A stretch of 64,000 bases of DNA, taken from contig CAWDXG010000004.1 of assembly GCA_963806225.1 (NCBI GenBank), forward strand, positions 320,001 through 384,000, given 5' to 3'. Shown in pieces: positions 21,839 to 33,703 of the stretch. The notes beneath the pieces were generated by a model, which was not told where the DNA came from, searched no databases, and saw only the letters and a list, made by a program, of their open reading frames with translations. Position 1 is the stretch's first letter, and each line of letters begins with the position of its first letter. This stretch comes from an uncultured delta proteobacterium. Lineage in GTDB: Bacteria > Myxococcota_A > Polyangia > Polyangiales > Polyangiaceae. Position numbers and translations under genes: made by a program.

Positions 21839-24001
21839 ATGGAGACACGCATCACCTACTGCCGCATCTGCGAAGCCGCCTGCGGTCTTCTCGCAGATGT
21901 CGAAGGCGACGAGCTCCGCGCCCTGCGCCCCGATCCCGATCACGTCGTCTCGCGCGGCTTCGCCTGCGCCAAGGGAACGCGCTTCGGCGATCTGCACCAG
22001 AGCCCCGATCGCGTCGACCATCCGCTCATGCGCGAGGGCGAGCTCCTCGAGCAGACATCGTGGAACGCCGCCATCTCCGACATCGGCCAGCGGCTGGCGC
22101 GCATCCGCCGCGCGCACGGCCCGCACGCCGTCGGCGTGTACGTCGGCAACCCGAGCGCCTTCAGCTACTCCACCACGCTGCTTTCCATGGCGTTCATCAA
22201 GGGCCTACGCACGAAGAACGCCTTCAACGCCGGCTCGCTCGACTGCAACAACAAGTTCGTGGTCTCGCGCCGCATGTTCGGCTCGCCCGCCTTGCACCCT
22301 GTGCCCGATCTCGACCGCGCGCACTTCGCGCTGCTCGTCGGCACCAACCCCTCCGTCAGCCAGAGCTCGTTCATCAACGCGCCGCGCATGATCGAGCGGC
22401 TCAAGGGCATCGAGGCCCGCGGCGGCAGCGTCATCGTCGTCGATCCGCGCCGCACCGAGACGGCGAAGAGCGTCGGCACGCACCTGCCCATCGCGCCCGA
22501 CACCGACGCCGCGTTCCTGCTCGGCCTGCTGCACGTCGTCTTCGCCGAACAGCTCGAATGCCGCAGCAAGACTTGCCGCCACGCGCGCGGCCTCGATGAA
22601 CTGCGCGCCGCGAGCCTTCGTTTCCCACCGGAAAAGGTCGAGCGGGCAACGGGCATCCCGGCCGCCACCCTGCGCGACATCGCGCGGCGCTTCGCCCTGG
22701 CCAACGGCGCGTTCTGCCACGTCTCCACCGGCGTCAACCAGGGCCGCTACGGCAACATCGCCTACGCCGCCAAGATCGCGCTCGAGCTCGTCACCGGCAA
22801 CCTCGACCGCGAAGGCGGCGCGCTGATGCCGCACGGCGCCATCGACGCCGCCGGCCTGCTCGCCCTCTCGCGACTGGACCGCGAGCCCCGCTGGAAGAGC
22901 CGCATCGGCAACCTGCCGCCGGTCATGGGCGCCCTGCCCGCCGCGATCCTCGCCGACGAGATCCTGACGCCCGGCGCGGGGCAGATCCGCGCGCTCGTGG
23001 TCATCGCCGGCAACCCTCTGCTCAGCGCACCCGACGGCACGCGCCTGCGCCGCGCACTGCAGCGGCTCGAGCTCTGCGTCTCGATCGATCTGTTCCAGAA
23101 CGACACCGCCGCCTACGCCAGCCACGTGCTGCCGTGCACCGACTTCCTCGAGCGCGACGATCTACCGCTCGCGCAGATGCAGCTCCAGCCGGTTCCCTAC
23201 GTACAGTACACCGAGCGCGTGGTGACGCCGCGCGCCGAGCGCCGCGAGGAGTGGCGCATCCTGCTCGACCTCGCCCGCGCCGCGCACGTCCCCCTGTTCG
23301 GCTCGCGCGCGGCGGATCTCGCGCTGCGCGCCACGCTCTCCACCGTCGGACCGCGCGCCATGGTCCTGCCCTTGCTCACCGGAGCGCTCGGACCGCGCCC
23401 GCGCCACGTGCTCCGCGAAAACCCGCACGGCGTGCTGGTCCGCCGCGAACGCCCCGGACAGTTCCTCTCCGGTCGCATCCAGACCCGTTCCGGCCGCGTC
23501 GAGCTCTTCCCCCAGGAAATCTATGCGCAGCTCGGCGAGCTCGAACGGAGCCTGGAAGAGCCGGCGCGCGGCGGGCCGGGCCTGGTGCTCAAGCTGATCA
23601 CGCGCCGCGAGCGGCTCGGGCACAACTCGTGGATGCACGCCAGCCGCGCGCTGCGCACCGGCGAGCAGCGCGCCTATCTGTCACCCGCCGACGCCGAGCG
23701 CCTGGGCGTCCGCCATGGCGATCGAGTGCGCCTGAGCACCGACAGCGGCAGCATCGAGCTGCCCGCCGAACCGAGCGACGAGATCGTGCCGGGCGCCATC
23801 GCCGTTCCCCATGGCTACGGCCACGAAAAGCAGAGCGGCTGGCACGCCGCGCGCCTGCGCGGCGGCGCCAACGTCAACCTGCTCGCCGCCTCGGGCCCCC
23901 GCGCCGTCGACCCCCTGAGCGGCATGTGCCGCTTCGTCGGCATCCCCGTCCACGTCGAACGCATCGCCGACCGCCCCAGCATCGCCCCACACGGCGCGTA
24001 G
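21839..24001 (+). CDS. Molybdopterin-dependent oxidoreductase (DMSO reductase superfamily)
   Basis: YCRICEAACG...GFACAKG 4Fe-4S motif, VVDPRRTETA, IAGNPLLS, C-terminal molydopterin-binding domain (AVPHGYGH). Confidence 0.93.
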   Translation: METRITYCRICEAACGLLADVEGDELRALRPDPDHVVSRGFACAKGTRFGDLHQSPDRVDHPLMREGELLEQTSWNAAISDIGQRLARIRRAHGPHAVGVYVGNPSAFSYSTTLLSMAFIKGLRTKNAFNAGSLDCNNKFVVSRRMFGSPALHPVPDLDRAHFALLVGTNPSVSQSSFINAPRMIERLKGIEARGGSVIVVDPRRTETAKSVGTHLPIAPDTDAAFLLGLLHVVFAEQLECRSKTCRHARGLDELRAASLRFPPEKVERATGIPAATLRDIARRFALANGAFCHVSTGVNQGRYGNIAYAAKIALELVTGNLDREGGALMPHGAIDAAGLLALSRLDREPRWKSRIGNLPPVMGALPAAILADEILTPGAGQIRALVVIAGNPLLSAPDGTRLRRALQRLELCVSIDLFQNDTAAYASHVLPCTDFLERDDLPLAQMQLQPVPYVQYTERVVTPRAERREEWRILLDLARAAHVPLFGSRAADLALRATLSTVGPRAMVLPLLTGALGPRPRHVLRENPHGVLVRRERPGQFLSGRIQTRSGRVELFPQEIYAQLGELERSLEEPARGGPGLVLKLITRRERLGHNSWMHASRALRTGEQRAYLSPADAERLGVRHGDRVRLSTDSGSIELPAEPSDEIVPGAIAVPHGYGHEKQSGWHAARLRGGANVNLLAASGPRAVDPLSGMCRFVGIPVHVERIADRPSIAPHGA

Positions 24002-24039
24002 CCCGACCCAAGGCCGCGCGTCGCGACAGCGCCGACGCG

Positions 24040-24392
24040 ACGCGCCGTCGCGTTCGAGCCGCGCCGTCGCGTTCGAGCCGCGCCGTCGCGTTCGAGCCGC
24101 CGCGCCGTCGCGTTCGAGCCGCCGCGCCGTCGCGTTCGAGCCGCGCCGTCGCGTTCGAGCCGCCGCGCCGTCGCGTTCGAGCCGCGCCGTCGCGTTCGAG
24201 CCGCCGCGCCGTCGCGTTCGAGCCGCGCCGTCGCGTTCGAGCCGCCGCGCCGTCGCGTTCGAGCCGCGCCGTCGCGTTCGAGCCGCGCCGTCGCGTTCGA
24301 GCCGCCGCGCCGTCGCGTTCGAGCCGCCGCGCCGTCGCGTTCGAGCCGCGCCGTCGCGTTCGAGCCGCCGCGCCGTCGCGTTCGAGCCGCGC
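24040..24392. repeat. 20/23-bp minisatellite CGCGCCGTCGCGTTCGAGC(CGC), about 16 copies
   Basis: Read directly; runs straight into array 3. Confidence 0.96.
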
Positions 24393-25146
24393 CGACATTT
24401 CTCCGGACATAACCGGTTATGTCCCCCGCCAGTGACGCCCGCTCCGCCCTGCGCGCCCCGCCCGCCGACATTTCTCCGGACATAACCGGTTATGTCCGCT
24501 CCAGCGACGCCCTCTCCGCCCTGCGCGCCCCGCCCGCCGACATTTCTCCGGACATAACCGGTTATGTCCCCCGCCAGTGTCGCCCTCTCCGCCCTGCGCG
24601 CCCCGCCCGCCGACATTTCTCCGGACATAACCGGTTATGTCCCGCTCCAGCGACGCCCGCTCCGCCCTGCGCGCCCCGCCCGCCGACATTTCTCCGGACA
24701 TAACCGGTTATGTCCGCTCCAGCGACGCCCTCTCCGCCCTGCGCGCCCCGCCCGCCGACATTTCTCCGGACATAACCGGTTATGTCCCCCGCCAGTGTCG
24801 CCCGCTCCGCCCTGCGCGCCCCGCCCGCCGACATTTCTCCGGACATAACCGGTTATGTCCGCTCCAGCGTCGCCCGCTCCGCCCTGCGCGCCCCGCCCGC
24901 CGACATTTCTCCGGACATAACCGGTTATGTCCGCTCCAGCGACGCCCTCTCCGCCCTGCGCGCCCCGCCCGCCGACATTTCTCCGGACATAACCGGTTAT
25001 GTCCGCTCCAGCGACGCCCGCTCCGCCCTGCGCGCCCCGCCCGCCGACATTTCTCCGGACATAGCCGGTTATGTCCGCTCCAGCGACGCCCTCTCCGCCC
25101 TGCGCGCCCCGCCCGCCGACACTTCTCCGAAAATAACCGGTATCGC
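24392..25146. repeat. Array 3: 10 units plus 1 degenerate unit of 72-73 bp with 20-bp palindrome GGACATAACCGGTTATGTCC
   Basis: Cores at 24408, 24481, 24553, 24626, 24699, 24771, 24844, 24916, 24988, 25060 (variant) and about 25132 (degenerate). Confidence 0.95.
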
Positions 25147-25202
25147 CCTGAGCGACGCCACACCTACGACGAGGCCGACACCGTCGTGGGGCGGGCGGCG
25201 TG

Positions 25203-25738
25203 CTGCGCTGCGGGCATGGGTGCCCCCACGCCTTCCGCCGCGGGTCGGCCGGCGTGCTCGGCCGCTGGGCTGCGCTGCGGGCATGGGTGCCCCACGCCTT
25301 CCGCCGCGGGTCGGCCGGCGTGCTCGCCCGCTGGGCTGCGCTGCGGGCATGGGTGCCCCACGCCTTCCGCCGCGGGTCGGCCGGCGTGCTCGCCCGCTGG
25401 GCTGCGCTGCGGGCATGGGTGCCCCACGCCTTCCGCCGCGGGTCGGCCGGCGTGCTCGGCCGCTGGGCTGCGCTGCGGGCATGGGTGCCCCACGCCTTCC
25501 GCCGCGGGTCGGCCGGCGTGCTCGGCCGCTGGGCTGCGCTGCGGGCATGGGTGCCCCACGCCTTCCGCCGCGGGTCGGCCGGCGTGCTCGGCCGCTGGGC
25601 TGCGCTGCGGGCATGGGTGCCCCACGCCTTCCGCCGCGGGTCGGCCGGCGTGCTCGCCCGCTGGGCTGCGCTGCGGGCATGGGTGCCCCCACGCCTTCCG
25701 CCGCGGGTCGGCCGGCGTGCTCGCCCGCTGGGCTGCGC
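25203..25738. repeat. 66-bp tandem repeat, 8 copies, containing hairpin GGGCA-TGGG-TGCCC
   Basis: CATGGG at 25215, 25282, 25348, 25414, 25480, 25546, 25612, 25678. Confidence 0.96.
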
Positions 25739-25814
25739 GCGCCGGGGCCCGCCAAGCGCGGCGCTCCGCGCCGCGCGGGGGCCCAACGTCCGCTCGGTCG
25801 CGCGGTATGTCGCT

Positions 25815-25883
25815 GTAGCATTTTGCTACGATTCAGGGCGCTATTGGCGCGCTTCCGGGCGCACATTGTGGCATAATGCCACA
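25815..25883. promoter_or_regulatory. Pair of related palindromes GTRGCA-N3-TGCYAC (putative operator sites)
   Basis: GTAGCATTTTGCTAC (25815-25829) and TGTGGCATAATGCCACA (25867-25883) in an AT-richer patch. Confidence 0.4.
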
Positions 25884-26306
25884 TCTTGTCGGCCGTGGGC
25901 GCGATGCGCGGCTTGGACTGTGGGGACCCTCGGGCGGGCGGAGGCGGGCGGGCGGACAAGGGGCGGGGCGCGATGCGACGCGGGGCTGTTGCGACGCGGA
26001 AGGACGGCCCGCCGAGCACCGCCCGTGAGGGCCCCCGGGCGCGCGCAGCCCCGAGAGCGCGGGGCGGAGCCCCGCCACGGCCGAGGGCGAGCACGGCCGG
26101 GCGCGATTGTGTCGTGATCCGCCGGGGGAGCATCCTGGCGGGGAGGATCGGGGCCGGACGTTGCAGGGTCCCCTGCCCGTGCTCCACGCCCTCATGCCCA
26201 ATATTGCGCCCACCCCCACCGTTGAGCTAAGACGCTTCGCCCGCGCGGCCCAGCGCCGCGCCGGAACGGGTCGGGCGCTGCCCAACCCGTTGAAAATGCG
26301 AGCTTC

Positions 26307-26379
26307 GCCCAGGTAGCTCAGTTGGTAGAGCAGCGGATTGAAAATCCGCGTGTCGATGGTTCGATTCCGTCCCTGGGCA
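26307..26379 (+). tRNA. tRNA-Phe (GAA)
   Basis: GCCCAGG/CCTGGGC acceptor stem, D arm AGCTCAGTTGGTAGAGC, anticodon arm GCGGA-TTGAAAA-TCCGC, T arm GGTTCGATTCC; CCA not encoded. Confidence 0.98.
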
Positions 26380-26464
26380 CAAATCGATGGGCAATCCGTG
26401 GGCGTGATTGCCCACGCGAGCCCAGCGCACGAAGGCCCGAAGCGACTGCCTCGACAGCGGGACC

Positions 26465-26645
26465 GGCGATTTCCGGTAGTGCCCAGTCGAGCGGCGCCGG
26501 CAGTCCGAGCCCGAGCTCTGCGGCGTGCCGCGCAGTGCGGCGGTAGCGGTTGATCATGACCGACGAGCGGTGCCCGGTGCGGTCGCTCACCCACGCTTCG
26601 GACTTGCCGACCGCGAGGTCCAGCGTGACGCACGTGGCGCGGAGG
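26465..26645 (-). pseudogene. C-terminal relic of a tyrosine recombinase/integrase
   Basis: LRATCVTLDLAVGKSEAWVSDRTGHRSSVMINRYRR matches the box II pattern (xLR...GH...Y); N-terminal part absent; converges on the tRNA 3' end. Confidence 0.75.
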
Positions 26646-26700
26646 CGGAGCGGACGAAGCAGTCGATTGGCGCTAGTCTCGCCCGGCAGCCGCGCCGGTC

Positions 26701-28081
26701 ATGAGCGACTCCAACTCCAACGCCCTGCTGATCACACCGGAGGCGACGCTTGCGAGCGCGCTAGAGGGCGTCCTGCCCGACTCGATCGCAGTGGACCGGG
26801 TCGGGTCCGTCGACGACGCGCTCGCGCGCCTGGACCAATCGCCGTTCGAGGTTCTGCTTGTCGATCTCGGATCGTCGGCGGATGAAGCGCTCTCCCAGCT
26901 GCTCGAGCGCGCCGGCGAGACACCGGTCATCGCGATCACCGACGCGCAGCACGCCGCGCTTGGCGTCCAGGCCGTGCGCGCCGGGGCCCAGGACTTCCTG
27001 CGCAACCCGTTCGATCCCGACGAGGTGCTGTACGTGGTCGGCAAGTCGCTGAAGAGCGCCGCGCTCCACGCGGACGAGCCGCCGCCGTCGCTCCTCTTGA
27101 CGCCCGAGACGCCGATTCTCGGTACGTCGCGGGCGATGCAGGAGCTCCGGGCGACTCTCGCGAAGGCCGCCGATGGCGTGGCCACGGTGCTCGTGCGCGG
27201 CGAGAGCGGCAGCGGCAAGGAGCTTGTCGCGCGGCAGCTCCACGAGCTGAGCCCGCGCCGCCAGGGGCCGTTCGTCAAGGTGCACAGCGGGGCGCTGCCC
27301 GACAACCTGCTCGAGAGTGAGCTGTTCGGCTACGAGAAGGGCGCGTTCACCGGCGCGACGGCGTACAAGCCGGGTCGGCTGGACCTGGCGGCAGGCGGCA
27401 CGCTGTTTCTGGACGAGATTGGCGATATCAGCCCGGCGGTGCAGGTCAAGCTGCTCAGGGTGCTGCAGGACCGCGAGTACGAGCGGCTCGGTGGCACGCG
27501 CACGCTGGAGGCGGACGTGCGCTTCGTCGCGGCCACGCACCGCGACCTGGAGACGCTCGTTCGCGAGGGCAAGTTCCGCGAGGATCTCGTTCTATCGCTT
27601 GAACGTCGTGTCGTTGTGGGTTCCGCCGCTGCGCGAGCGCACGGACGACATCGAGACGCTGGCGCTTCACTTCTGCCAGGTCCACGCCGCCGGCAACGGC
27701 AGGAGCGGCGTGCTGCTCGACGTGGCGGCGCTCGAGCTCCTCAAGGCGCACAAGTGGCCGGGAAACGTGCGCCAGCTCTCCAACTTCATCGAGCGACTGG
27801 TGGTCCTGGCGAACGGTCCACGCATCCCTGCCGAGGACGTGCAGCGTGAGCTGTCGCGGCAGGAAGGCACGCTCGGTTTTGCCGCCGCCAGCGGCTTCGC
27901 CCCGAAGGTGAGCGCCGACAGCGGTGTGGTCGAGCTCGCCGCGGCGCTCGAGAAGGCCGAGCGCCGCGCACTGGAGAAGGCGCTGAAGAGCGCCCAGGGC
28001 AACCGCAACGTGGCCGCGCGCCTGCTCGGGATCAGCCGCCGCAGCCTCTACTACAAGCTGCAGGAGCACGGCCTGTCGTAG
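26701..28081 (+). CDS. Sigma-54-dependent response regulator (NtrC family; frameshift near 27590)
   Basis: Receiver-like N-terminus, [49 protein letters not shown], Fis-type [19 protein letters not shown]. Confidence 0.93.
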
Positions 28082-28087
28082 GCGTCG

Positions 28088-28150
28088 GGGTGCAAGCCCT
28101 TGCACCCGAGCGCAAGGCGCTGCCCACGCGGGGTGCAAGCCCTTGCACCC
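28088..28150. promoter_or_regulatory. Two identical palindromes GGGTGCAAGCCCTTGCACCC (putative enhancer/UAS sites)
   Basis: Copies at 28088-28107 and 28131-28150, 43 bp apart, upstream of a -24/-12 motif. Confidence 0.7.
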
Positions 28151-28186
28151 GGGCGCGGGAATCTACGGACCTACCGGCATTTCCTG

Positions 28187-28203
28187 TCGGCACGGCAGTT
28201 GCT
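28187..28203 (+). promoter_or_regulatory. Sigma-54 (-24/-12) promoter
   Basis: TCGGCACGGCAGTTGCT: GG(28189-28190)-N10-GC(28201-28202); AGGAGA RBS and ATG at 28236 follow. Confidence 0.8.
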
Positions 28204-28235
28204 CAAGGCCTGCCGTCCCACGACAGGAGAAAACC

Positions 28236-30558
28236 ATGATTCGTACGACCACCACCACTTCCTTGATCCTCGCGGCTGTTCTGCTCGGCGGTTGCACCAA
28301 CGGCATCGGCAGCGGACAAGGCGGCGCTGCTCCGGACGCGACCAGCGCGCATGCCGACGACGGCGACGGCGTACCCGCCGATCAGGACCTGTGCCCGGGC
28401 ACGGCGGCCGGCGCAGCGGTGGACGGCAACGGCTGTTCCGCCGAGCAGCGTCAGGCCCAGCAGAACGCCCACGCTGAATGGTGGAGCGGCTGCCGGCGGC
28501 AGCCCCGGGCACGACGGCGGGCTCGTCGGGCGGCAGCGCGCAGACCGGCAGCGACGGCCAGGTGGCACCCAACGGCTTCGCGAAGTTCGTGCTCGACCCG
28601 AAGGGCCCGGTGCCCGTCACGCTCGAGACGCTCGCCCAGAACGTGAAGAAGACCGACCACGGCTTCGACCTCGAGGGCACCGTGCTGATCGAGGTGCCGG
28701 GCAACCAGCACGTCACGCTTGCCGAGGCCAACGTGAAGCTCGAGTACGACAGCACGAAGGGTGAAGGCCTGCAGTCGTTCAGCGGCACGGCCGAGCTGCC
28801 TTTCCCGGACATCGGCTTCATGCAGGGCGTCCACGTCGACGACCCCGTCTACGCTTCGGTCGGCTACGACCTCGGCAAGAACATCCAGAACGTCAACGCG
28901 CCGATCGAGAAGGACCGCAAGTACTTCTACTTCACGTTCTCGGCCGGGCTCAGCGCCCAGATCGGCAAGCTCGACGTGGGGACGCCGGTGAACCAGAGCG
29001 TAACCATGACGCTCGACCCGTCGGATCCTTCGTTCTTCATGCGCGCGTCCCTGGGCGGTCTGATGGGACCGGTCGAGGACGCCAGCGTCGGCTTCTCGAT
29101 CGGCGGGCACCTGCCGTTCACCCCGGAGAACACCTGGGGCATCGACGCGACGAAGGCGACCTTCGACGGCCACATGTGGGTCGGCGGCAAGGTGAGCCTG
29201 CAGGATCTCGAGCTGCCGCTCGCGGTCGGCGGCAACACGGTGATCGATCTCGACCCGGACAACGACGGCAAGACCGTGTTCCAGGATCCAGCCCAGGGCT
29301 TCACGTTCGGCTCGAACTCGGAGCTCGACGTGAGCTTCGACGCCGGCGTGCTGTCGCTGGAGATCCCCGTGAGCCAAGGCGACCACGGTGGGGCACGTGG
29401 ACAGCAGCGGGGCGTGGGCCATGTACAGCGGTCACACGCACGCCGGCGACGACTGGCTGCCTGCCGACTACGTGCCGATCAAGAACCCGGCGGACCTGCT
29501 GGTGGCGGGCTACGCCTCCACGCAACGTCACCGACAGCTACTACAAGGCCGAAGGCGACATGAAGCTGGACGCTGGCACGCTGGGCAAGTGGACGGGGCT
29601 GAACCTGGACGACCTGGCCATGGCCCAGGCCACGCTGGACATCGACCAGAACGGCGTGAAGGTCACGGGCAAGGCCTCCACCAGCATCTCGCCCGTGATC
29701 GGGCTGAACGGCGACATCGACGCGGTCGGCTTCTTCAACGGCGATCCCGCCGGCTGGTACGTCACGCTCGACGGACGACTCGCCGTCAAGGGCATCGATC
29801 TGTCGTCGTCCGCCCACGCCAAGCTCGACAAGAACGGGTTCGTGGTCAGCGGCAAGATGCAGACGCCGGTCTCGCTGATCGCGATGAGCGGCAGCATCAA
29901 CTCGTCCGGCATCGACCTCGAGGGCAACGCGAACGTCACGATTCCCATCGAGGCCGGCAAGCAGGTCGTGCAGACGGTCACCGACGCGGCGATCTGCGGC
30001 ACCCAGTACGTGACCGACGGCGCAATCTGCGGCTACCAGACGGTGACCGACGGCGCCAAGTGCGGCTACACAGCAGTCACCAGCGCGGCCCAGTGCGGTT
30101 ACACCACGGTCACCAGCGCAGCGGAGTGCGGATACAAGACGGTCACCAGCGGCGCGATCTGCGGCTACCACACCGTGACCGACATCATCCAGTGCGGCAT
30201 CGACATCCTGGGTGGCGCGAAGTCCTGCAAGGTGGCCAACACCTGCAAGACGGCGGCGAGCTGCCAGGTGGCGGCGACCTGCAACGTCGCCAAGACGTGC
30301 AGCGTCGCGAACAGCTGCCAGATCGCGAAGACCTGCAACCAGACCGTGACCATCCCGAACTACAACTACGGCACGTTCACGGGATCGGTCGACGTGAAGA
30401 TCGGCGACAGCGGCCTGGACGGCACGGTCAGCGGCCAGTACTGCCCGGCCAGCGGCAGCTGCACCACGCTCGGCAGCGGCTACGTCAAGGTGACCAGCGG
30501 CACGCCCGAAGCCTGCGTCAGCGTGAGCGGCCTCGGCGACTTCTGCGCGCAGTTCTGA
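28236..30558 (+). CDS. Large beta-rich lipoprotein with TSP3-like motif and Cys-repeat insert (frameshifts near 28470, 29380, 29520)
   Basis: LGGC lipobox; DDGDGVPADQDLCPGT..VDGNGC; continues through ORFs 28478, 29388 and 29176 frames to ...DFCAQF. Confidence 0.8.
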
Positions 30559-30578
30559 TCGCCACCGAGCCAGGCCAA

Positions 30579-30620
30579 GCGGCGCCGGTTTCCCTCGGGG
30601 AGCCGGCGCCGCGGTCTTTT
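30579..30620 (+). terminator. Rho-independent terminator
   Basis: GCGGCGCCGGTTTCCC-TCG-GGGAGCCGGCGCCGC followed by GGTCTTTT, 20 bp after the stop codon. Confidence 0.75.
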
Positions 30621-30813
30621 GTGCGACACGAGACCCCGGAGTTGTTTGAACGCCCCGCGTGACGCGGTAGCCCGGCGACGATGCCGCTCGATGCCGGACA
30701 GCGCCAGCCACCGGATTTCCAGGCTTCGAGTCGCACCCGCCACTCGGCGGTGCTTCCGCGCGCTTGTAATCCGCGGCGGAATGCGTCGAGACTCCGCGCC
30801 ACAAGGAGACGCC

Positions 30814-31776
30814 ATGAAGACCAAGATCACCGAACTGTTCGGCATCCAGCATCCGATCATCCAGGGCGGCATGCACTACGTGGGCTTCGCAGAGCTCGCC
30901 GCGGCGGTGTCGAATGCGGGCGGGCTCGGGATCATCACGGGCCTCACCCAGCCGAACCCGGAGGCGCTGTCCGCAGAGATCGAGCGCTGCAAGGGAATGA
31001 CGGACAAGCCCTTCGGCGTGAACCTGACGTTTCTGCCCGCCTTCGCCGCGCCGGACTACCCGGGCTACATCGACGCCATCCTGAACGGCGGCGTGACCAT
31101 CGTGGAGACTGCCGGCAGAAACCCGCAGGAGTACTTGCCCGGGCTGAAGGCTGCCGGCGTGCGCATCATCCACAAATGCACGTCGGTGCGCCACGCGCTG
31201 AAGGCCGAGAAGATCGGCTGCGATGCGGTGTCCGTGGACGGCTTCGAGTGTGGCGGTCACCCCGGGGAGGACGACATCCCCAACATGATCCTGTTGCCGC
31301 GGGCCGCCGACGAGCTGTCGATCCCGTTCGTGGCCTCCGGCGGCATGGCCGACGCACGCTCCCTGGTCGCGTCGCTGGCTCTGGGCGCTGAAGGCATGAA
31401 CATGGGAACGCGCTTCATCGCCACCAGAGAAGCGCCGGTGCACGACAACGTGAAGCAGGCCATCGTCGCCGCCTCGGAGCTGGACACGCGGTTGGTGATG
31501 CGCCCGCTACGCAATACCGAGCGCGTGATGAACAACGCCGCCGTCGAGCGCATCCTGGAAAAGGAGAAGGCACTCGGCAAGGACCTGCAGATCCAGGACA
31601 TCATCCAGGAGGTCGCGGGCGTCTACCCGCGCATCATGCGCGAAGGGGACATGGACGCCGGCGCCTGGTCCTGCGGCATGGTGGCGGGCCTCATCAGCGA
31701 CATCCCCACCTGCAAAGAGCTGATCGACCGCATCATGAGCGAGGCCGAAGCCTTGATCCGCGGGCTGCTCGCGTAG
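30814..31776 (+). CDS. Nitronate monooxygenase/FabK-family flavin oxidoreductase
   Basis: MKTKITELFGIQHPIIQGGM, AAAVSNAGGLG, KPFGVN, DGFECGGH, ASGGMAD, MGTRF; AAGGAG RBS. Confidence 0.95.
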   Translation: MKTKITELFGIQHPIIQGGMHYVGFAELAAAVSNAGGLGIITGLTQPNPEALSAEIERCKGMTDKPFGVNLTFLPAFAAPDYPGYIDAILNGGVTIVETAGRNPQEYLPGLKAAGVRIIHKCTSVRHALKAEKIGCDAVSVDGFECGGHPGEDDIPNMILLPRAADELSIPFVASGGMADARSLVASLALGAEGMNMGTRFIATREAPVHDNVKQAIVAASELDTRLVMRPLRNTERVMNNAAVERILEKEKALGKDLQIQDIIQEVAGVYPRIMREGDMDAGAWSCGMVAGLISDIPTCKELIDRIMSEAEALIRGLLA

Positions 31777-31849
31777 CCGGTGAGGGCGCGCCTCTGCCGC
31801 CTCTCGTTTTTCACGCAACTGCCGCCGCCCGCGTCCGATGAGGGACGCG

Positions 31850-33538
<1,689 letters not shown>

Positions 33539-33703
33539 CGGCAAGCAAGCGCTCGATTTCGACGAACCGGCGACGCCCGTTGACCGGACCTGCAGGCAAT
33601 CTGGTGCGAGGAGAATCGGCAGTAACTTGACCCCGCCGCGGCCTGGAGCGATTCCTGGGCTGCTGCTGGGCTGTTCGGAACGGCGCGGGAGCACGTGAAG
33701 GCG

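Noticed and set aside
16043..25146. 72-73 bp arrays as CRISPR arrays
   Set aside because: The period is CRISPR-like, but the intervening sequences are reused rather than unique spacers, and no cas genes are in the window
16043..25146. ACATAACCGGTTATGT as the parS centromere for the nearby parAB
   Set aside because: It does not resemble canonical parS, and the ParB HTH region looks conventional; not excluded without a binding test
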